Below, piece after piece: positions 1 through 12,632 of a stretch of 46,009 nucleotides of DNA. The stretch is from Octopus bimaculoides. Its lineage: Eukaryota. The first letter of the stretch is position 1. Every line of letters starts with the position of its first letter. A program made the position numbers and the translations under genes. The DNA lies in the NCBI RefSeq assembly GCF_001194135.2, contig NC_068983.1, positions 51,647,333 to 51,693,341 of the forward strand. The letters run 5' to 3'. The notes under the pieces were generated by a model that ran no database searches, was not told where the DNA came from, and saw only the letters and a list, made by a program, of their open reading frames with translations.

Positions 1-78
1 TATATATAGCTAAAATTTGTAGAAAGCAAAAGACAAAGACAAGTGTTTTAGTTTATAATGAAGATGGTAATAATAATG

Positions 79-198
79 ATTTCAAATTTTTGCTACAAGG
101 ACAGCATGGGGGAGGGGATTCCTTCGATTACATCAATCCCAGTCAGTAACGAAAGGATGAAAGGCAAATTCGACCTCGGCGGAATTTGAACTCAGAAC
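79..198 (-). mobile_element. tRNA-derived SINE, family B, 5'-truncated fragment
   Basis: The reverse complement contains CGTTCTGAGTTCAAATTCCGCCGAGGTCGAATTTGCCTTTCATCCTTTCG, the B-box and body shared with the copies at 4889, 31812, 35288 and 39069. Confidence 0.8.
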
Positions 199-217
199 GC
201 TCAGGAAAAATGGAGAA

Positions 218-256
218 GTCTTTTATGTTTCGAGCCTACGCTTTTCGACAGAAAGG
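218..256 (-). ncRNA. Minimal type-I hammerhead-ribozyme-like motif (variant core, decayed) within an interspersed repeat
   Basis: Minus strand reads CCUUU-CUGUCGA-A-AAGC GUAG GCUC-GAAA-CA-UA-AAAGAC. Stem I is CUUU/AAAG and stem II has 3 of 4 pairs. A second copy lies at 27150-27188. Confidence 0.45.
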
Positions 257-354
257 ATTAAGATGAAGAAGAAAACGAAGAAAGAATGAAAAATATCATA
301 GAGAGACTGAAAACGTGTAAGGTTAACGGGTCAACAGGAGAAAATAGGTGTGTT

Positions 355-455
355 CATTTGTGTGCGTGTGTGTGTAGAGAGAGAGAAAGGAGGAAGAGAA
401 AGAGAGGTGTGCGCAGAGAAAGAGAGGGGTGCGCAGAGAAAGAGAGGGAGAGAGA
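355..455. repeat. Compound (GT)/(GA) low-complexity repeat with a duplicated GTGCGCAGAGAAA unit
   Basis: Seen directly in sequence. Confidence 0.85.
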
Positions 456-509
456 GATCCCTTACTACACCAAAGTGCCAGTACTGTACTCGCAATCAGA
501 TCTACTGCT

Positions 510-529
510 TTGAATTGAATTGAATTGAA
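510..529. repeat. (TTGAA)4 pentanucleotide microsatellite
   Basis: Four perfect units. Confidence 0.95.
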
Positions 530-1782
530 ACTGACATAAAATAAATGATAATAAAGATTCTATGTTCGCGTTTTACACTACAACTGTCATTTGGTTTGTA
601 CTGTTGCTTCAGTCCATAAATTTCCTGAGTCACTCTCTCGAAATGTGTGTTCTTGTGTGTTCTATAATAAAACTCAGCGCAACGAACACTTTCTAGTGTC
701 CAACTAGCGTTCACGTATTTACATCACTCAAGCAGTAATAGATAACCAAATAACAAGTGAGCGACCTTGACGTGATATTAAGCGCTAAAGAAAACAACAT
801 TGCGTGGTATGATGTTAGTTAGTTAATATAAAAGCAAATATTTCGAAATATTATAACATTGAGACGATGTCTATAGACAGAAATCCTAACTAGTTATAGA
901 TTCTGAAGATTGGTTTTGACCGAAGTTTTTAAGATCGCGAGCATTACTAACATTACTAATAATTATGACAATATAAATCATCTGGTGTTGGGAGAGACTG
1001 AAATACAATTCATAATGATGCAAGGAAACACGTAACAAAATCATTTGCTTTTAACTCATAATATTATGGAAATACTAAAGCTCTCTTCCTACTGTTTGTT
1101 TAAGGAGGCATTTAATAGGTATACTGTAATATATTAGTATTAAACATGATTTTCTTGTATGATTAATAAACACGACGATTGGTTAGGAAATCAAAAACGG
1201 TCGTATTTTATATTACGTAAATAAATGATCCAGTAATATTATTCATTTATTCATATTATTTTAATATACCAGAATATAAGTTATATTCTGTTTCTTCTTA
1301 TACTCCTACGCTTGGATATACTTTGCCTGTTTATCATACAAATTACTTTAGAAATTTAGGTATCAAATTACTAGATTCATGTGTATTACGTTTAGTAACG
1401 TATAGGAACAATTTTACAGTTACATCGTTAATAAACTTCAGTCGAGGATATGAAATACTGCTGTGTTTATGGCCAGAATTCTTGCCCGTGATTGACTACA
1501 GGCTGAAGATAAAATATTTGTTTCCAATTTTGATACAATTTTTGGAGATGTAAGATAGTTGAAGATATATTACTATGCTCGAATATATGCCAAGACGAAT
1601 GCCACTATGCTCGCCAGTGTTACACACTGACCAATAACTTTATTCACTGTACCGCTTATATCTTTTTACCTAACATATTTGAAGCATTTAATATTTATAT
1701 GTCCGCTTTACTTTGCAATCGAATAAAAATTATTTCAATGAGAGTTACTTGATTTATCAAGGCACACAACTTAAGTTATAGA

Positions 1783-1838
1783 AAAGTGAGCGGCTTTCTC
1801 CTTTGTTACACAAAGTGAGTGACTTTCTCTTTGTTACA
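1783..1838. repeat. Short tandem duplication (~28-bp unit x2)
   Basis: AAAGTGAGCGGCTTTCTCCTTTGTTACA followed by AAAGTGAGTGACTTTCTCTTTGTTACA. Confidence 0.9.
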
Positions 1839-3991
1839 TAATGAACTAAATCTCATTGAAATAATTTTAATTGATTTTAAGGAATTTAATTAGATTTAAT
1901 CGAAAAACACACCCACAATATGTTCTTATTCTGTCAGCAGATATGGTTCGATCACTAACATTATTTATCCCTTAAGTCATCGATTTCTGCCTGCTCAATA
2001 GCCTTAATGTATGCATGGTTAATAAATTGACTAAACATTATATACATCGAAACCGAATATAAAATATTAAATAAAAATAAGATTCTGATATATGTATTTC
2101 AACAATGCTACCTCAATATCAAGAATATCATACACAACGCCAGCAGTCATAGTATCAGCAATAATCTCCGCAGCACAATTTGGCAACAGTTTCGTGTTAT
2201 TCTGGTGTTTTCTTTTCTTTTTCTTTTTTTTTTTTGAGGATCCAAACATAACACTTCTGCTGGGAAATACGTGGTGTTTAACCGCAGCAGAAGCTATATG
2301 CTTATCATCATCATTATCATCATTGGTTGTTTTCTTTGTTAATTATTTTAATCTATAAATATTATCAAACGTTATACACGGCGAAACATGCAACATATCT
2401 CAGTGCGACTTTCACATTGCACTCATAGAAATGTAAAAATCATATCTCCCGAGCAAATATTCAACATATAGAATAAAAGTTTGCCTGTTTAACATCAGAA
2501 AAAAAAAACCTTTAACATCATTAGAGCATTTTAGACTCCAGAGCATTCTAATCTCTTGGAGTAGGGGATTTTCCGTTTCATATTAGCCGCCTAGATTGGA
2601 AAAATATGCAAAAGGAGGAAATGGAAGCGGAAAGCATTATTATACTAGAGGTGAAGCAATGAAGGCTTACATCTTTCCATTCAACTTCTGAAGATATTCT
2701 TATGTTGTATATTCTCAAATATCGTACGTGCATAGTTTCAACACAAACTTTCATTCAACTACCAATGTTATGAAAAGTCTTTGGAAAAGTGAAAGCAAAA
2801 AATTGCTCGGACACATATTTTATTCTACGTTGTATCAATTAATAATCGCTTTAGATTTTTGCTTCGTCCTTGTCGTTCTTTCTTTTTATACCTTATATTT
2901 GTTTTCAAAATAACGTTTTGTAATTTTAGAAATATGTTTTTTTGTTGTTTGTTTTTATTGTATCTATTTTTTAAAAATCATATGAAACCATATAATTAAT
3001 CAAATTCTATCGCTTTAAAAGACGCCTTTGTCACTAACAACACCACAGCGATGGAAAAGGAATCGAGCTATCGGAAATGACCTATTCACTCATTTGGGAG
3101 ATTTCCAAGCTACCAAATTTTGTAACCCTTATACACTTTACTACTTTTTATTGCTAAAACGTCCCAAAATTCAGGAAAAAAAGAGATGATGTTGTTTTAA
3201 ATTTTATTGATTTTTTCTTAGTCTGACTACCAATCTTTTTCGACCTTTATTCACGGTTGAAACTAAAAGCAACATTGAATTATGTGACAGTCAATGGTGC
3301 ATTTCGAGTCTGACTTGAAAGAGTCAATGAGAGATTAATCTCATAAGATATTTTATTTTATTCAAAAGTGCGTAGTTCATTTTCTATTGATATTTTTCTG
3401 TTTTTTAATCTTTATATTTTTACCGGATATTTTTTTAATCTTTGCACATGAAAAGGTATCGTCAAGTTTATTTGCAATAATCAATTACAAAGTAGTTACA
3501 TTTTATTTTTATATTCTTTCCAGTTGAAGGTTAGATTAGTACTTATTCAAGTTTATCAATCAATTGATCTGAAAATATTCAGCAACAAAAACCAATTTAA
3601 TGTTAGGTGGTTAGGTATAGGCAACTTATTGAGTTTTACGTATGTTAAATCTTTCTAAAGATTGATTCATTGAATGAATGAAGTGAAAATCGAAAATATA
3701 TGTAAAGATAAGAGTTACTTGATATTTAATTACAATAGGTTTAAGTATGCTTTTCAGCGAACACCAAAAAGTTAGTTAACAATTGTTTTTTCTGGAAAAA
3801 CAAAAATACTTGGTAATGACTAACATCAATTTAGTTATTTCGTCAAATATATTATTACAATTTTGTACGCAAGACAGCACCAAATATGCTCGAAATGTAT
3901 AAGGTTCTAATAGACGAAGCCTAATCTTCAACGTATTGGCGAAAGTATGAATAAAGAATTCAATAAGATTTCATTATACACTAGTCTTAAT

Positions 3992-4130
3992 GGCATTGAG
4001 CAAAATGCTTAGCAGCCTTTCTTCCGGTTTCTTACAATCTAAGCTGAAACCTCACCGCTGTCAAGTTTGCCTTTCATCCTTTCGGAGTCGATCAAATAAG
4101 CGACCAAGTTAAGACCTAGTGTCGATGTAG
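3992..4130 (+). mobile_element. tRNA-derived SINE, family B, decayed copy
   Basis: AAAATGCTTAGC...TTTGCCTTTCATCCTTTCGGAGTCGAT...GTCGATGTA matches the family body. Confidence 0.7.
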
Positions 4131-4888
4131 AAGACATATCCACTCTTTTATAATTTCTTGACAAGTGCTAAAATTTGAAGGGATTATACGAGTGGCCGAG
4201 ATTTAAAAATATAAGAACTGAAATCGTTTACAGGGTAAATATTTCAGCTATTTGGTTATTTGACAGTTTCTAATCATTGTCGATATAAGTCGTACAATGG
4301 GATATGTCAGTATTAATAAGAAGCTGATTCCACTGCGGGGATATTCACGCTGAAATATGCATCAGCACATACAATACGTATTACGACGTATAGATGTTTG
4401 TGGCTTTATGTATATTAGTACAACGTGTCGGGCAAATAGTTAAGTACAGTATTCCATGTTAGTTTAATTTCCACTTAATATTTGTTAACTTTTCATAACT
4501 TTTTCATATTATCGCATGCAGTTTAACGATTTGAGGTTGTCTGACTTATGAAAAATGCTCCTGAAGTATACGTAAAGTGTAAAGAGATAGACATTTTGGT
4601 AGGTCCTCTTGAAACGCAATTGTCAAATTTCATACATATGTATGTCTATTAGAAAATAGGCGCAATTGATTGGAGAGAAAAGCCCGTTTCATTTTTCACA
4701 TGAAAGTGTACATAGAACGTTTTCAATACTTAATTAAAATAAGCATTAAATTTTACATTCTATTTACAGACTACTTCATAAAATAGTGATTAAATTCGTA
4801 TCGATTATACCCATTTAAAATGAGTTTATATCTGAGTCATATCAAACATTCTTTTCTACTCTAGGTACAAGATCCGAAATATTTTTAG

Positions 4889-5062
4889 AGGGAACCGTCG
4901 ATTAAATCTACCCAAGGATGCAACTGGTACTTAATTTATCGACGCCGAGAGGATGAAAGACAAAGTCGACCTCGGTGGAATTTGAGCCCAGAACGGAAAG
5001 ACAGACGAAATACCGATAAGAATTTCGCCCAGCGTGCTAACATTTCTGCTAGCTCACCGCCT
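4889..5062 (-). mobile_element. tRNA-derived SINE, family B, near full length
   Basis: The reverse complement starts AGGCGGTGAGCTAGCAGAAATGTTAGCACGCTGGGCGAAATT, with B-box GGGCTCAAATTCC and body GAGGTCGACTTTGTCTTTCATCC. Confidence 0.85.
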
Positions 5063-5084
5063 CATATCAAACACTGCATTTTGT

Positions 5085-5700
5085 TTGAAATCAAAAAATT
5101 CTCTTCAGCATATTCATTCTGCCTAAGGAAAGAGGTTTTAAACGCCAAGACCTGCCAACGATAGTTTGACCTGTTTCACTTGGGAAGCATTTCCGTAACA
5201 GATTCCCCTCGATCTCGCCTTCCATCTTCTGTTAATATTAAGAATCTGAAAACCGAGAGGAAGATCCAAACAAACTGTACGAAAATTAGGAAAGCACTTC
5301 GTTCCCGAAATACTTCAGTAACAAAACATTTTTATGAACAAGGAAAATATCTAAATACTGTCAGTAAGTACTTCTTCATCTAAATACTTTTCAGCTGAAG
5401 CAAAAGGCGGCTCTCTGCTCGCCATTGAAGTATTGACTTCCTAACGTATCGTTCCCGACAAGAATCATCTCAAATGAATAAAGGTGAGATTTCTCTAGCT
5501 AAAATGGTTAGCAGTAATGCTAAAGGAGAATCTCTCCTCAGACCAGGGCAACTCGTGTGTTTGCTTCCATATGGAGTTTGTCCTATATAAGAAATGCTAA
5601 GCCAATACGAAACGTTTAATGCGGTGATTTATTGTGGCCAGTAGGAAGCCTTGTGCAAAAGGTTCCAGTGAAAGATGGTAGTATTGAAAAATTCGAAGTT
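5085..5700 (+). mobile_element. Degenerate mariner transposase fossil
   Basis: One frame reads EVLNAKTCQR*FDLFHLGSISVTDSPRSRLPSS (mariner TCQRWF..F..G..SL.D.PRSGRPS, with W mutated to TAG). It is followed by SVTKHFYEQGK and RIISNE* (RIITGDEKW-like). TIRs were not found. Confidence 0.55.
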
Positions 5701-5832
5701 TATTAGGCTGCGCTGACTTGCAGGTTGAGCATCACATAAAATATCTTCCCTCTATGTATTTCATTTGGAAACTATCGCTGTTTTATGCAGGCTAGATTAA
5801 ACAAATATGTCATTGCGTACGAGCCACTATGC

Positions 5833-5925
5833 GCGTGTGTGTGTGTCTGTGCGTATATTTGTGTTTGTGTGTGTGTTTGTGTGTGTATGTGTTTGTGCGC
5901 GTTTGTTCGTGTGTGTTTGTATGTA
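5833..5925. repeat. Imperfect (TG)n microsatellite
   Basis: Seen directly in sequence. Confidence 0.9.
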
Positions 5926-6143
5926 TATAAAATGTATCGTAATATGAACCAATATCTGGCAGTATGTAGCACTGAAAAAATGTTATAAGAATATACTCAT
6001 TGATTTCCAATTATAACGCAACCACAAATTTCTGCCTGACGCATCTAAAGGAGGGAAAATTAAAAATTGACTGCATTGATATAATTGAGTTTCTTTGTTG
6101 TCATTTAAACGAATGTGTGTGTGTGAGTGTGTTTATTTATATA

Positions 6144-6905
6144 NNNNNNNNNNNNNNNNNNNNNNNNNNNNNNNNNNNNNNNNNNNNNNNNNNNNNNNNN
6201 NNNNNNNNNNNNNNNNNNNNNNNNNNNNNNNNNNNNNNNNNNNNNNNNNNNNNNNNNNNNNNNNNNNNNNNNNNNNNNNNNNNNNNNNNNNNNNNNNNNN
6301 NNNNNNNNNNNNNNNNNNNNNNNNNNNNNNNNNNNNNNNNNNNNNNNNNNNNNNNNNNNNNNNNNNNNNNNNNNNNNNNNNNNNNNNNNNNNNNNNNNNN
6401 NNNNNNNNNNNNNNNNNNNNNNNNNNNNNNNNNNNNNNNNNNNNNNNNNNNNNNNNNNNNNNNNNNNNNNNNNNNNNNNNNNNNNNNNNNNNNNNNNNNN
6501 NNNNNNNNNNNNNNNNNNNNNNNNNNNNNNNNNNNNNNNNNNNNNNNNNNNNNNNNNNNNNNNNNNNNNNNNNNNNNNNNNNNNNNNNNNNNNNNNNNNN
6601 NNNNNNNNNNNNNNNNNNNNNNNNNNNNNNNNNNNNNNNNNNNNNNNNNNNNNNNNNNNNNNNNNNNNNNNNNNNNNNNNNNNNNNNNNNNNNNNNNNNN
6701 NNNNNNNNNNNNNNNNNNNNNNNNNNNNNNNNNNNNNNNNNNNNNNNNNNNNNNNNNNNNNNNNNNNNNNNNNNNNNNNNNNNNNNNNNNNNNNNNNNNN
6801 NNNNNNNNNNNNNNNNNNNNNNNNNNNNNNNNNNNNNNNNNNNNNNNNNNNNNNNNNNNNNNNNNNNNNNNNNNNNNNNNNNNNNNNNNNNNNNNNNNNN
6901 NNNNN
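6144..6905. other. Assembly gap (762 N). Other gaps: 8697-8983, 11233-11423, 13064-13243, 14959-15888, 21269-22160, 23131-23710, 26987-27058, 27980-28862, 30056-30863, 33805-34158
   Basis: Runs of N. Most have a (TA)n, (CA)n or (TG)n tract on at least one side. Confidence 1.
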
Positions 6906-7512
6906 TATATATATATATATATATATATATATGAACAGTCCCGCAGATGCGCGTATGCACATTTGTATGTATGTATGTGTATATATGTGTGCGTAATATC
7001 CATGTCCGTGTAATAATTGTACAGCACGATATATTAATTTCGAAGCTGACATGTATGTGATTCTTATGTTTGTATATGCATTAAATGTGTCTAAAATGAA
7101 GGTTTATGTACATTATATATGAAAAACAGATGTTTACATAAACATATATTGATCTGTATATAAATACAGTTAAGCAGAACAAACGACCGGAATATATGCA
7201 TGTGTATATGTTAGGTGCATCTTGCTTTACGCATGCTTATGATCACATGATTTATTTGCATGCGTTAGTTTTCATTGCGACAATATCATAGAGGGTATAT
7301 CGAAAGGCCATCAGATTCAAATTAGCATTTTTACAAGATCAAATAAATTACTCATATTTGATAAAAAGTTATTTGATACGAAGTATATGCAAAAGACGAT
7401 TATAGTCATAGATATTGATTTCAGGAAATCTGTTTGATGTTAAATCCTACTAACGATGCATATTTTTTTAGTATATTTTCATATTTTCTTTACTATTTCA
7501 TGTTGTTTTTCT

Positions 7513-7560
7513 TGTTTTACTTGGTCATATTATGTTTACTTGGTCATATTATGTTTACTT
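7513..7560. repeat. 19-bp tandem repeat, about 2.5 copies
   Basis: Unit TGTTTACTTGGTCATATTA. Confidence 0.9.
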
Positions 7561-8665
7561 TCATATAAACATGATATGCAAGTATCTTTGTTTACTTATA
7601 ATGATACAAGTGTTTCATATTTTGAGATTCTGATTTATTATCAAATAAAACTAATAGCATATCATAGAGCATTAAATTAGCAATTAATTAATATATTTCA
7701 TATTAATATCATCCTGATAGATTTTTCTCTTTTTTTTCTCTTTTTCTTTTCTCTTTCCTTTTTTTTCTTTTATTACTTAAAGATTTCCAGTATTATCGAG
7801 GTCAACTATACTCTTACTTTCGATATTCGAGAGAAGAAAGAATCGGTCAAGTGCTGTAGACAAGATAATTGCCAATCGCCCTTCGTATATTTGATTCCTG
7901 AGTGACAAATTGCTCCAGCTTTTTTAGATTTTGGGTCCCAGTCTAACCAAGGATATACAACCCACACCATTGATAGAATAAAATATACTTCAAATGAATC
8001 GATATATTCCGTTGAAGCATTCCTCTAATTTGCGGTCATGTTTTTAGTCCGAAATCAAGATAATTATGAAGGCGTCTAGTGTGTTAGCGGTTGGTAGAAT
8101 TTATATTATCACCCTTGTACATTTTGATTTTATCGCGTATGTGATGCGAATGTAAATGTTTGATATATGTAACTGCAGAGATACTACTTGCAAAAATATT
8201 GCTTTCTTTTACTATATGAAAGACACAAGATACAAAAAGTTCCGTTCGATCTAATTTATCGTCCACATATTTAAGGCATTTTCTTCAATAATACGGGATA
8301 AATGATTAATTACATTTAAGTAATAAATGCAACACGGGTACAATTCTAGAATTATAAACATTTTCATTATGCTTGGGAAAGGAAATATCCGCAGTGGTTA
8401 ACACTCTACCATATTATTTCCTTAACCAATCAAAGCAAATTATTCCCTCCGTCCCTCTGTCAGATTGTTTGCTCCTCTTACTAGCATGGAATGCAAACTT
8501 ATTATGTTAGCACGAAATAATAATCCTGTCACCTACTAATTAGTCATGATTAGCATAAGCGAAACCTTTTGACTACGTAGATATTTCATTTCATAAAAAA
8601 ATAAATATATATATATATTCTTTCCAACACATACACACACAGATACATATACACACATATATGTA

Positions 8666-8696
<31 letters not shown>

Positions 8697-11084
8697 NNNN
8701 NNNNNNNNNNNNNNNNNNNNNNNNNNNNNNNNNNNNNNNNNNNNNNNNNNNNNNNNNNNNNNNNNNNNNNNNNNNNNNNNNNNNNNNNNNNNNNNNNNNN
8801 NNNNNNNNNNNNNNNNNNNNNNNNNNNNNNNNNNNNNNNNNNNNNNNNNNNNNNNNNNNNNNNNNNNNNNNNNNNNNNNNNNNNNNNNNNNNNNNNNNNN
8901 NNNNNNNNNNNNNNNNNNNNNNNNNNNNNNNNNNNNNNNNNNNNNNNNNNNNNNNNNNNNNNNNNNNNNNNNNNNNNNNNNNNATATATATCACTGAACA
9001 TTATCTTTGTCTGCGTCTCACTGCAGCTCATCCGTTGCCCTGGGGTAATGCTCTTCGTGTAACGGCGTATGTTGTCTTTAACTTTGGCAGCCTGAAATGA
9101 GGATATATATGCAACCCTTCTTCTACTCAACATTGCCCACTCGAACCTATTTGCAGATTATACAACAATATGAAATTTGCCTTTCAAATTTTTTTCTTCT
9201 CTTTAAACTGCATATATATCGTTTCAACGTAATTTTCTAAATAAATATTAATCAGCACATTTTTAGGGTTATTTATCCCACAAACAAAATATAACCCATT
9301 CACGGGCTTTTTCTATGAGGACACTAAGACTTTTGTAATATGATGTTGCTAGGAATGATCTTTCCGAATATTCAATAGGTGGAAGAGTGGCTGCGAATTC
9401 CTAAGCTAAATATCTTTGTGCTCTTTGTATAAACAGGTTGTCATTTAAATATCAATTATAGAGAGAAAAAATCACAAATTTATGAAATTGATATTTAGGT
9501 TATGTGTGCATAAGTTATATCATTTATCGGAGAAACGTTTGTATAGGTTATACTGCAAAGCGAAATGATAAATATTTGCATGAATGGACACCTATAAAAT
9601 GTTGGTATATTTTCCTTTTCATATTGAATTTCAAAGCTAATCTCCTACTGTTTTCTGTATGTAATATTGTTACTTTGTCATATCCTGTTTGAAGCATGAC
9701 ATCGATTGAAACTTCATAGATATTTTAACACTAGATAATGTCTCTACAGATGTTGCAGAGAACATATGCGTTGAATAGATAAACACATCATTTAAATTTC
9801 TTTTTTATTGTTCTTTCATGTATAGCTGTCAAATCGTGGCTCTCTGTTCGTTGTTCTATTTGATTTATTATTGTTCATGCTCTACATGTTGTGCCAGTTA
9901 AAGATGTTGCCTAAATCATTAACATTGGAGCTTTATTTATAGTAATCTAGGTTACTACTCAATATCAATCATTCTAACATTACAGGGGCAGGGTAACAAT
10001 CTATACGGAGTCATTTCTGAGACACTATAATCAGATACAAGTCTATATTTCTATATTCATTGACATTTTAATGTGGTTTAATTAAATCGTAAGATCTTTC
10101 CATGCTAATGTCTATTGTTTCTAATATTCTATTTTAATATGTAAATTGTTTTTACAAATTTCTCTCCCTTTCTTTATCAATCTATTAATCTATCTATTAG
10201 CAAGCACACACACACACACACGCATGCATATATGGTGTGCTTACACTTTTTACCATAAGAGAGATTTTTAGTAATATTATATAAAGCAGATTTAGTGAAT
10301 ACACTGCATTAATATTGCTTAAGCAATTCAAATACATGTGCATATTTTAAGATTAAGGATAATGTACTATTAATACTCCTGTGTATACACGCATTGCTGG
10401 AATATAATTTGCTACATTACTATAAAATATTGGCACATTATTTCTATGAAAACGCTTTGCATTTGAGGGTCACTAATTTTTGAGGGAGAGATTTACCGCA
10501 ACACAAACTTCGGGAATATACGTAATGTGAGTTGAATTTAATTTTAAATTCTGCTAAATGAATTAACGTGATAATTTATTTACATAGAAAATAGTTGGCT
10601 CCGAAACATCCTAAAATAATATATGCATTTAATGTAAAATAGTATCGTATAAGAAAATGTTAAGCACTATACCTCTGTGACCGATTTTGTATATGTATTT
10701 TATATATAACTCTATGCTGCAAAGCCTACAATATCAAGAGTCTGAAATAAGATGCATACTGCGTTTAGGAATTGAAAGTTTTGCCTTATGTATCTATATG
10801 GCGTTAAATTGGTTAAGAGTAAAAGAACCATTTATAATATTGAATGATTATATATATTTCAAAGACTTGAAACAATCAAAGGTTTGAAACATCCAATGAA
10901 CACGTGCTATACATATTTTCTGGTATTTCCAAAAAATTGAATTTTTAAACATGAAAGAAACAATTTGCAATCCTTGGCACGTTAAATGTCATATGAATTA
11001 CATATGCCATTAATATCTCCAGGATATTCTTACACACCCCACACACACTCATACATATACAGGAATATGTGTAAGTATTAGATA

Positions 11085-11232
11085 TCTAATATATGTGTAT
11101 ATATGGTTGTGTGTGAGTGTGAATCTAAAAGATACATACATGCATGTATATATATACATACATATACATCCATACATATAAATACATATATATTGTTTTA
11201 CATGTACACATATATATACGTATATATATACA
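11085..11232. repeat. Compound TA/CA/TG low-complexity tract running into a gap
   Basis: Seen directly in sequence. Confidence 0.85.
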
Positions 11233-12283
11233 NNNNNNNNNNNNNNNNNNNNNNNNNNNNNNNNNNNNNNNNNNNNNNNNNNNNNNNNNNNNNNNNNNNN
11301 NNNNNNNNNNNNNNNNNNNNNNNNNNNNNNNNNNNNNNNNNNNNNNNNNNNNNNNNNNNNNNNNNNNNNNNNNNNNNNNNNNNNNNNNNNNNNNNNNNNN
11401 NNNNNNNNNNNNNNNNNNNNNNNTATATACACGCACAGAGAGAGAAAGAAACACATGCACATATAAATAGAGAGAGGGAAGACACAAAATCTTTTATTAT
11501 ATGTGGTTTCTTTTCTAATAAATAGAAAGAATACGTATAGGTAACAGATTGACGATTTATACATTGATCCTTTCTGTTGGATAGCGAAAGGAGATTTCTT
11601 ATTAAGGATTGCTAAGACAGATACATACACCGAAGATTCGAGATCAGAGTAAGAAGATCATATATCTGAAAGTAATGTAGATTAAAAATCTAAATCCAGT
11701 GCATGACGCAGGATGTAACATGCAGAATAGATGAAATTATAATACAGATTATGTATCATATAGCAATAGTCTTATTAAATCATTTGTTTGTGAATGAAAT
11801 CTTACTTTGATCGTTCGATGTGGATGAAATTCAAAGAGTTCAGAGATATATGATTCAAATATAAGGAAATTAATTTCTCAGCTCAGTGATTCTAAGAAAT
11901 AATACATTTCATAAAAATGTTATAGTTCGCTTTTGTAATCCCAAGAAATATATCAAAGAGAAATGAGCATACGAATGAGGTTATGCGTGTGTAACGAATT
12001 GCACGAGAATAGGTGTACACACCATATAAGCACCGCTATTTTCTATACGGTGTTTTTTTTTTGTAGCCTCCATGACATTAAAAGCAATGAGGAATTACTT
12101 TGACGAAGAAATATCTTTTATAGATGCTTGTTAAATGTATTCGCGCATATTCAGTATAATGGAATGGAAGAGATACTGGATTATGATCCATAGCTTAATA
12201 TTCCATTATAATTGCTTTTGTGAAAATGTACTGCATCTAAACCACATTCTCGAAGATATATATTTACATGTATATATATATAA

Positions 12284-12292
<9 letters not shown>

Positions 12293-12345
<53 letters not shown>
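12293..12345. repeat. (TG)n microsatellite
   Basis: About 26 perfect units. Confidence 0.97.
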
Positions 12346-12347
<2 letters not shown>

Positions 12348-12357
12348 ATGTATGTAT

Positions 12358-12516
12358 GAGCTTCTTTCTGTTTCCGTTTACCAAATCCACTCACAGAGTT
12401 TTGGTCGGCCCGAGCCTATAGTAGAAGACACTTGCGAAAGGTGCCACGTGGTGAGACTGAACCCGGAACCATGTGGTTGGGAAGCAAGCTTCTTACCCCT
12501 CAGTCACGCCTGCGCC
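12358..12516 (-). mobile_element. tRNA-derived SINE, family A, 5' half
   Basis: The reverse complement reads GGCGCAGGCGTGACTGAGGGGTAAGAAGCTTGCTTCCCAACCACATGGTTCCGGGTTCAGTCTC...GGTAAACGGAAACAGAAAGAAG, with A/B-box-like head. It ends at a TG tract. Confidence 0.88.
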
Positions 12517-12632
12517 TATAAATTTGATTTTAGATTATATTACTAATCGTAGGGTTAATTAAATGCATCACACATCAGAACCAGTAACCTGGCAATCTAT
12601 TTTGGTAAGAATCTGTCATTCTATATATATAT

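Noticed and set aside
2067-2358. Overlapping 60-aa and 88-aa ORFs
   Set aside because: Driven by a T/A homopolymer and ATC repeats; no recognisable domain.
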